Origin: an uncultured Christensenella sp.
GTDB lineage: Bacteria > Bacillota > Clostridia > Christensenellales > UBA1242
Length of the DNA: 64,000 bases
Assembly: GCA_964541825.1 (NCBI GenBank)
Contig: CAZIRR010000001.1
Location: forward strand, 72,956 to 136,955
Direction of reading: 5' to 3'
Shown in pieces: positions 57,813 through 64,000 of this stretch. The translations under genes and the position numbers were made by a program. How positions within the stretch are numbered: the first letter of the stretch is position 1; each line of letters opens with the position of its first letter. The notes under the pieces were generated by a model, which was not told where the DNA came from, ran no database searches, and saw only the letters and a program-made list of their open reading frames with translations.

Positions 57813-59075
57813 ATGAACAAAATTAATCCATTTTTTGAAAAAAATGCAATAGCAGTAGGGGACTTTGCTAGTGTGCAAGATTATAGCCCTATACCATATG
57901 ACAAAAACACAACTTCGCCCTATACCAAGACAAGAATTATATTATTAAATGGCGCAGAATTTGAGCAAACTTGGTTTCTTCATCAATTTAGCAGAATGTG
58001 CAATAATAACGATATCCGTAGAGATATCTCTCTTATTCGCAGGCATGAGCAACAGCAACAAAAGATTATCTCTGGCTTAAAACCGGTAGATGAGACCGAT
58101 TTGGAGACAACTATTGCTTATGAGCAATTGGCAATAGATTTAACAGCTATCCTTGCTCGTCATGTGAAAGATGATTATGTGAAGAATGCACTTAATTTTG
58201 CATTGCTAGAGGATTTTGACCACCTTTATCGCTATGCAAATTTGCTTGAGAGTGAACAAGGGATAGATGCCAATACTCTTACAGGAGGATACACCGAAAT
58301 TATCCCCGGTAGACCTACAGTATCCGAGCCTCGGCACCCATATGATGAGATAAATAGACATATATCGCACGAAACAGTCGACCCTTTTACTAGACTCGTT
58401 ACTTCAATTATTACTGCTGGTGAACAACAAACGATGAATTATTATATGAATATTGCAGGCTTTCATTCCACCGAAATTGGTAGACAATTGTATTCCGAAA
58501 TTGCCATGATAGAAGAACAACATGTTACCGAATACGGCTCGCTTATGGATACCACGTGTACGCATTTGCAAAGTTGGGTTATGCACGAATACACAGAGTG
58601 TTATTTGTATTATTCTTGTTATATGGACGAAACGGATAAATATATCAAGGATATTTTCTATAGACACTATCTAGAAGAATGTGGACATTTGCAATATGTA
58701 GCAGATTTGCTTTTAAAATATGAAGGCAAGCCTTGGCAAGCACTTTATCCAGATGGCGGAGATTTTCCAGAACTTCTTAGATTTGAAGGCAATATAGATT
58801 ATATTCGCCAGGTAATTTCCAATACTATTAATTACACTCGTTATGGCGAAGATTATGAAGTTGTAAATAAATTGCCAGATAATTCACAATTTTTTAAATA
58901 TCAAAAAATGAATATCAAAAAGGCAGAACAATTGCCTAGCCACAAAGTAATAATTAATCATATAAAAAACTACGGTGAAGATTATCGCTTCGAAACCAAA
59001 AAACACCCAATTCCCGAACTCCAATCAAGGGATAGCGACAATATATCCATCGCTCGCAAAAAAACTACAAAGTAA
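57813..59075 (+). CDS. Ferritin-like (tandem di-metal carboxylate domains) protein, unknown function
   Basis: Repeated helix pairs with E and ExxH ligands (AEFE, YEQLA, EDFDH, GEQQT, EEQH, HEYTE, EECGH). AAGGAG SD. Confidence 0.7.
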   Translation: MNKINPFFEKNAIAVGDFASVQDYSPIPYDKNTTSPYTKTRIILLNGAEFEQTWFLHQFSRMCNNNDIRRDISLIRRHEQQQQKIISGLKPVDETDLETTIAYEQLAIDLTAILARHVKDDYVKNALNFALLEDFDHLYRYANLLESEQGIDANTLTGGYTEIIPGRPTVSEPRHPYDEINRHISHETVDPFTRLVTSIITAGEQQTMNYYMNIAGFHSTEIGRQLYSEIAMIEEQHVTEYGSLMDTTCTHLQSWVMHEYTECYLYYSCYMDETDKYIKDIFYRHYLEECGHLQYVADLLLKYEGKPWQALYPDGGDFPELLRFEGNIDYIRQVISNTINYTRYGEDYEVVNKLPDNSQFFKYQKMNIKKAEQLPSHKVIINHIKNYGEDYRFETKKHPIPELQSRDSDNISIARKKTTK

Positions 59076-59216
59076 ACAATAATTCTAACCCCCATAAATT
59101 TCTCTGATGATAATTTTTCATCAATGGTTTTAATATTTGCTTTAATTTGAGGGTGACGTTATTTCATATCTATTTTTTAATAATTAATATTCTTTTATCG
59201 TATTTGCGGTAAAAGA

Positions 59217-59245
59217 TTGACAATTATATTTGAGTATGGTATATA
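59217..59245 (+). promoter_or_regulatory. Sigma-A-type promoter for the candidate sRNA
   Basis: TTGACA-17 bp-TATATA with extended -10 TG. Confidence 0.6.
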
Positions 59246-59251
59246 AAAAAT

Positions 59252-59313
59252 AGAATTTCAATGGCCTTGTTTTCAAGGAATGGACGAAAGGTCCGAATTG
59301 AAATTCTTTTTTT
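59252..59313 (+). ncRNA. Candidate small structured RNA or attenuator (three-way junction), unassigned family
   Basis: 11-bp closing stem AGAATTTCAAT/ATTGAAATTCT encloses the hairpins CCTTG-TTTT-CAAGG and GGAC-GAAAG-GTCC. A T-run follows, and a promoter lies about 6 nt upstream. Confidence 0.45.
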
Positions 59314-59371
59314 ATGCCTATTCGAAAGGAATTTTATTGTATATATCTTCGATAAATTTTCATTTTAGTGG

Positions 59372-59983
59372 TTAATAAAGTTTTTGCATAAGAATATTAT
59401 ACTCGACAATTATTTCTTCACTATCTTTAAATTTTTCTAAAGTATGGATAGCATTTATTTTCCCTTGTTTGCAGAAAAATGGTTGATTTGAAAGATATTC
59501 AAAATCAATTTTATTTACTGGTTTTGAGTAATGACACCATTTTTTAAAGCCTTTATTAAAGCAAGATTTATTGCTTGCAATGTTGTCTTCGTGGACTTTA
59601 GTGAAAACATATTCAAAGCCATCGTTTTTAAGTTTTTCAAGCAAGACATCAATTAGTTGTTGCATAATTTTATGACCACGAAATTCGCTATGTACAATAT
59701 TAAAACCAATTTCAACCAACTTTTCGGTATCGCACTCTTTCGGAAAGTTAATTTTGCCAATAAGTTTTCCGCATTTGTAATCAAGGGAACTTACACCAGC
59801 AAGTCGTCCATCAATGAAAGCTCCAATGATGTAAAATCTTGGATTTTCAATCATTCCAGTTACATTTTCCAAATCATAAGGCATTGGAGTAAACCATTCC
59901 AAATTTTCAAGATTTGAATACATATTGACAATTAATTCCGAAAATGCCCTTGTGTCATCTTTTGTTAAAACTTTAATTTCCAC
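59372..59983 (-). CDS. GNAT-family N-acetyltransferase
   Basis: VHSEFRGHKIMQQL (motif A) and VHEDNIASNK...KGF. GTG start with AGGAG SD. Confidence 0.88.
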   Translation of the reverse strand: MEIKVLTKDDTRAFSELIVNMYSNLENLEWFTPMPYDLENVTGMIENPRFYIIGAFIDGRLAGVSSLDYKCGKLIGKINFPKECDTEKLVEIGFNIVHSEFRGHKIMQQLIDVLLEKLKNDGFEYVFTKVHEDNIASNKSCFNKGFKKWCHYSKPVNKIDFEYLSNQPFFCKQGKINAIHTLEKFKDSEEIIVEYNILMQKLY

Positions 59984-60019
59984 AATTTTCTCCTATAAAT
60001 AATTTATTAATAAGATAGA

Positions 60020-60223
60020 CTAATCCTCCAATCCCATTAAATAATCTATTGATACACCAAAAAATTTGGCGAGGAGTACAAGTTGAGTACCTTTTACATC
60101 TTCTTCACATTTTTCCCAATGACAAATAGTTACAACATTAATTTTAATAGCTCTGCTTAATTTTAGGATAGACAATCCTTTGCTTTCTCTTAATTCTTTT
60201 ATCCTCTGTGCAAATATTTTCAT
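60020..60223 (-). CDS. XRE/Cro-C1 helix-turn-helix regulator
   Basis: FAQRIKELRESKGLS...I.HWE...LAKFFGVSIDYLMG. ATG at 60223 with AAAGGA SD. Confidence 0.88.
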   Translation of the reverse strand: MKIFAQRIKELRESKGLSILKLSRAIKINVVTICHWEKCEEDVKGTQLVLLAKFFGVSIDYLMGLED

Positions 60224-60602
60224 AATATTTCCTTTAAATAACAGGCAAGAATCTTTAAATATAATTGTACCACAAATGCACAAGTTTGGAAAAGAATTTG
60301 CCTGTGTTTTTATGTGTTTGGGAAATTGTCACTAGAGACAACTAACGAAACAGGTATCCCGCCATTTAATATTCAGTATATTGTAACATAAAAATAAACC
60401 TAAACCAAACATTTATCGTGTTCGATTTAGGTTTTGTTTGACATTAGAGTTTTGTTTGGCGGGAAGTTCGCTCTCCAATCCTAACACAAAAGTATATGTT
60501 GTGGCTAGGTGGATTAGGGTTAATATCTCTAATTATTTTATCAATTGATATTTACTTATTTTATGTTTTGTGATATAATACAATCAATTGAAAGGAGAAC
60601 AG

Positions 60603-61196
60603 ATGACAAATACAATTTTATTAATAGCCACTTCATTGATTTCTGGTTTATTGGCAACCGTTATAACACTAATAGTTCAGAGCAAAATTCAAAAGAAACA
60701 AGCAAAACATAGGATTTTTGAAAACCTTATGTCTTATAGATATGCACTACATTTACAAGAAAGTGTGAATGAATTAAATAAAATTGATGTTATATTCTAT
60801 GACAATGAAAATGTTATAAAGGCTTGGAAAGAGTTTAAAGCGGAGGCATTAAGAGCAGGAAAAGATACAGATAATCCAAACATATTACAAGATAAGCAAT
60901 TGAAAATATTAGAAGAAATGGCAAAGGTTTTAGGATATAAGAAAATAAATTGGGTTGAAATTAAAAATTTTTATTACCCAAAGGGTTTAGCCGATAAAAT
61001 TCAAACAGAAGCGATAATAAATACTAAAGAATTAGAAAATACAATATCTTCAAACTCTAATCAAAAATCAACTCAATTATCAATGGAACAGCAAATGGGA
61101 ATTGAAATAATTAAAGAAGTAATACAACACCCAGAATCTGCAGGAGCAATTATGGCGTTGGCAGATAAATTTGCTAAAAAACCAGAAAGCAAATAA
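60603..61196 (+). CDS. Membrane-anchored DUF6680-like protein
   Basis: N-terminal TM helix. IFENLMSYR...V..LN.IDVIFY....V..AW and ILEEMAK.LGY...YYP recall DUF6680. ATG at 60603 after AAAGGAG. Confidence 0.65.
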   Translation: MTNTILLIATSLISGLLATVITLIVQSKIQKKQAKHRIFENLMSYRYALHLQESVNELNKIDVIFYDNENVIKAWKEFKAEALRAGKDTDNPNILQDKQLKILEEMAKVLGYKKINWVEIKNFYYPKGLADKIQTEAIINTKELENTISSNSNQKSTQLSMEQQMGIEIIKEVIQHPESAGAIMALADKFAKKPESK

Positions 61197-61199
61197 TTA

Positions 61200-61225
61200 A
61201 AAAGAGAGGATGTGTCCTCTCTTTT
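61200..61225 (+). terminator. Intrinsic terminator
   Basis: AAAAGAGAGGA-tgtg-TCCTCTCTTTT. Confidence 0.8.
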
Positions 61226-61574
61226 GTGTTTTATTGATTGCCCTGAAAGTGCGAGTAAACTTCGTTTGCGGATAGGGCTGAAAAGTTGCCACCTGTTTCG
61301 GCAAAAGATTTTAAGTCGGTGGCAAGAATAAAATCCTATTCGGTTTATTTGCTTTGGGTTTAAAGTGGCTTTGCCTTGCTTTAATAGCTTAGTATTAAAG
61401 TTGTATGTGGCAGTGTTTTCAGGCAGGTTTTCGCAATCAATAAAACTGATTTTGCCAATAGTTTTTATTATCTTTTACTTTCCATAAAAGACTATTAGCA
61501 GCCTGTTGACAGGTGTCATAAACACCTACAAAAAGTATAACATAAACAAACAAAAATTGCTATAATTTCAAAGA

Positions 61575-61730
61575 AAAAGGCAAGTGGGTTTCACACTTGG
61601 CCTAAAAATGGGGGCGAGTCAAAAACGGCTCAAATCATTTTTTGCACTGAGTCGTAAAATCGCTAGATTTTATGGGCATTTAAGTGCTAAAAATTGCCGT
61701 TTTGAGTCAATGCCTTATCCTGCTCGTAAT
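61575..61730 (-). other. Long imperfect hairpin with TAGCGA at the apex; candidate ssoA-like single-strand origin
   Basis: Nested arms AAAACGGC/GCCGTTTT, TTTTTGCACT/AGTGCTAAAAA and CGTAAAATC/GATTTTATG. Minus-strand TAGCGA at 61660-61665 matches the CS-6 consensus TAGCG(T/A). Confidence 0.4.
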
Positions 61731-61733
61731 TTT

Positions 61734-62777
61734 TTATTTGTCTAAATTTAATAAAAAGTCTTTTGCTTTATTTAATAAAAAGTCTGATGGGGTAAAATCG
61801 TCGACACCACTTTTGTTATTATAATATATTGTTTCTAAAAGTTGAATATCTTTGTCGTCAAGTATGAGAATTAATTTTCCGTGCTCTTTTAAAACTCCTT
61901 GACAAGCAATTTTTGCATGCGGAGATGGTTCCTTTCTAGATAGAATAATAGCAACATTTCTTAGTGCATTATTATATAAATATCTTTCAGTTGAATATAC
62001 TTCGTCTTGGCCAATTTGACCATTATAATTTTTGCAATCAAACAAAATAAAACATGAGTTGTATTTGTCATATATAAATTTCCAAAAACTGTGTACCTCA
62101 GATTTTAAAGCTGATACTAAATCAAATCTATATAACCCTTGATTGTTTGTTTTTTGCGAAATTGGAGTTTCAATATTATCCTGAAATATGGTTTTTATAA
62201 AATTTTCACAAAATTTTTCATATTGAACAAAACCATCTCGCCCAAGTGGAATAGTTTTTAATTGATCTGAAAAATTAATTTTTTTAATTTTCTGGAAATT
62301 TTCCTTTTTTGAAGGCTGTAACATTTTTTCAACTTTTTTATCAAGAGGTAATGGTACGATATTTTCTGTTGAAAAACTCAAGCACATCTTTAATTGAGAT
62401 AGTAATTTATCATTATCTTTACATAAATATAACAAATTCTCTAAAGAAATTAAATTTAAATGTTTGATGTCTTGATTATCGGTTTTATTGTTAAATACAT
62501 TTTTACACACAGCACTAGTGATGAAAATTATATTTTCTGACGATATATTAGGATGTGTTTTTGTAAAAAACTTTAAAGAATTGACAAAACCTAACACACT
62601 ACTTCTATTAGTGTATTTTATTTCTATATTAATATTATCGATTGTTTTTAAATCAAAACCTTTTGAATTTTGTTCGAGTTTTTCTATAACATATTGTTCT
62701 TCAAGTATCTTACAAACAGTCCACTCAAACATTAATGACTTTGAAAGAATTTTAGATAGTTGATTTGTTTTTTCCAT
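61734..62777 (-). CDS. Mrr-like restriction endonuclease with two PD-(D/E)xK-type motifs
   Basis: N-terminal FEW.V..IL...GFDL...IEIKY. C-terminal YEKFC...RFDL...FDCKNY..IGQ.EV....YL...NVAIILSR. Confidence 0.75.
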   Translation of the reverse strand: MEKTNQLSKILSKSLMFEWTVCKILEEQYVIEKLEQNSKGFDLKTIDNINIEIKYTNRSSVLGFVNSLKFFTKTHPNISSENIIFITSAVCKNVFNNKTDNQDIKHLNLISLENLLYLCKDNDKLLSQLKMCLSFSTENIVPLPLDKKVEKMLQPSKKENFQKIKKINFSDQLKTIPLGRDGFVQYEKFCENFIKTIFQDNIETPISQKTNNQGLYRFDLVSALKSEVHSFWKFIYDKYNSCFILFDCKNYNGQIGQDEVYSTERYLYNNALRNVAIILSRKEPSPHAKIACQGVLKEHGKLILILDDKDIQLLETIYYNNKSGVDDFTPSDFLLNKAKDFLLNLDK

Positions 62778-62787
62778 ATATTATTCC

Positions 62788-63564
62788 TTACTTCCTAAAA
62801 ATAAAAACATATTCGTGTTTAAATAGATATAAATTGTTTGCCAAGGCTCTATATTTCCATAGTGCTTGTTGGTTTTGTTTTCCTTTTGTTTCGTTAAAAT
62901 TTTTTATTAAAATTGCTTTAAGCTTCATTTTGTGCTTTTGAAATAATTGCATACAATAAAATCCCAAAGGAATCACTTGACCATCTTTATACATATCACC
63001 GATGACAATTGCACAATATCTTCCTTTTTGTAAAATTTTTGTGCTGTCAACAATTGTCTTTTCAAGTTTTTCTAAAAAGTTTTCAAGTGTTGGGCAATTA
63101 GACAAATCTTTTTCTTGTTCACTAAATTTAATAATATCCCAATAAGGTGGGTGATACATAATAAATTGTACATTTTTGATTTTATATCTTTCTAACAACT
63201 TCTCATATTTAAAATTTGAACTGTCTCCAATATACACATCAGAAATAACATCTTCTTTTGCTTCTTTCTTAATTAATTTTTTCGTTTGTTTAGCGACCTC
63301 TTCCTGAAGCTCAATACCAATACCATTTCTTTCAAGTCGTTGTGTTTCAATTAATGTTGTGCCACCACCAAGAAAGGGATCTAACACGAAATCTCCTTTC
63401 TGGGTAAATCGTTGTATTAATTCTCTCGGAATTTGTGGAACAAAATTTCCGTGATAGTTTGCGTTATGGACACCTGAATTATCTCGTTTATTGATTATCC
63501 ATAATGAGTCGGTATTAAGATTAATATTTTTCCAATCTTTTAAGTCCAAATCATTTATTTTCAT
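62788..63564 (-). CDS. Amino-DNA methyltransferase (N4C/N6A) with an HPPY catalytic motif
   Basis: YHGNFVPQIP, motif I VLDPFLGGGTT, GIEL, then motif IV HPPYWDII and C-terminal HEYVFIFRK. Confidence 0.9.
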   Translation of the reverse strand: MKINDLDLKDWKNINLNTDSLWIINKRDNSGVHNANYHGNFVPQIPRELIQRFTQKGDFVLDPFLGGGTTLIETQRLERNGIGIELQEEVAKQTKKLIKKEAKEDVISDVYIGDSSNFKYEKLLERYKIKNVQFIMYHPPYWDIIKFSEQEKDLSNCPTLENFLEKLEKTIVDSTKILQKGRYCAIVIGDMYKDGQVIPLGFYCMQLFQKHKMKLKAILIKNFNETKGKQNQQALWKYRALANNLYLFKHEYVFIFRK

Positions 63565-64000
63565 TCTTTTTCTTAAGTTCCTTATTTAGTTGATATCTCC
63601 ATTCAGTAGGATTGTGCCAAAAACATCCTCTACAACCAAGTTGTTCGTTGTACTGTTCATTACCTTCGTACCAATATTCAATAACTTTATAGCCTTTGCC
63701 TCGACAGCCTGTTTCTTTACACTTTTCACATATTCTAGATTTTAACAAATTATTTTCTCTGGTTAGTAGCATAAATTTTTCTTCAATTTGGGATTCTGTC
63801 ATGCATTTAGAATTAATATCTTCATTTTCAGTCCAACGGACTTGTGGAATTCTATGGTCAATTTCAAGCTTGTTGGCAGGTTCTGTTCTTAAACTGTATT
63901 CATCAACACAATCATAAACTTTTTTAATTTTATCGGCCAATTCTTTTGGTATGTTTGTTCTTGCTTTTAATCCAGTATCTAAAATTTCTGTTGATAATAA
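63551..64000 (-). CDS. HNH type II restriction endonuclease, NlaIII/IceA1/SphI-like (5'-partial)
   Basis: Frame open to the window edge (LLSTEILDTGLKART...). LEIDHR...FMLL...NN..K.RICEKCKETG.R...WYEG.E.Y...LGC.GCFW.NP.EWR parallels the NlaIII C-terminal half as I recall it. Overlaps the MTase start. Confidence 0.75.
   Translation of the reverse strand, partial: LLSTEILDTGLKARTNIPKELADKIKKVYDCVDEYSLRTEPANKLEIDHRIPQVRWTENEDINSKCMTESQIEEKFMLLTRENNLLKSRICEKCKETGCRGKGYKVIEYWYEGNEQYNEQLGCRGCFWHNPTEWRYQLNKELKKKNENK

Larger units (their letters stand above)
59090..64000. mobile_element. Accessory/defence island (probable IME/ICE-type cargo region), continuing past the window end; left edge approximate
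   Basis: Visible change in codon and oligonucleotide style (TTA/ATT-rich, fewer CTAG, CATG/GATC present), XRE regulator, restriction-modification genes and hairpin-rich spacers. No integrase or att site seen in the window. Confidence 0.5.

Noticed and set aside
18171-59075. Alternative genetic code
   Set aside because: TGA ends genes at 24295 and 40087, and AGG, CGA and CGG fall at expected Arg positions in the spots checked (e.g. dnaE DGAARI). Code 11 fits.
61240-61730. Group II intron (GTGCG at about 61249)
   Set aside because: No domain V/VI and no RT/maturase, and the region is too short.

Overview
Low-GC chromosomal window, most likely from an uncultured, gut-type Clostridia with a compact genome (inferred from gene content, not proven). 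1-14904 is the 3' part of a giant surface protein of more than 4,960 aa, whose frame is open from base 1. It is built from Listeria-Bacteroides (InlB B-repeat)-like modules and ends in a Cys/His-rich tip with 9 CxxC motifs. Three cassette-like units with paralogous promoter and hairpin modules follow (14911-18043). Two of them are lipoproteins with the same 39-aa leader but unrelated mature domains. About 18-59 kb is mostly housekeeping: asnS, an ABC exporter, an M1 peptidase, a radical SAM protein, ldh, murB-PHP-whiA-dnaE-pfkA, queH, further surface proteins, a trimeric HydABC [FeFe]-hydrogenase, pepF, RNA methyltransferases, tRNA-Gly(CCC), a GH13 glucosidase, a DUF4011 helicase-nuclease and a ferritin-like protein. 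From about 59.1 kb to the end lies an accessory island with a candidate small structured RNA, GNAT, XRE and DUF6680-like genes, an sso-like hairpin region, and a restriction operon (NlaIII/SphI-like HNH nuclease, HPPY methyltransferase, Mrr-like nuclease). By eye, core DNA strongly avoids GATC and CATG and is rich in CTAG. Local clusters of GATC/CATG mark the giant-protein tip, the first lipoprotein mature domain, the ferritin-like gene and the terminal island as probably recent arrivals. All calls come from reading motifs by eye; no searches were run.
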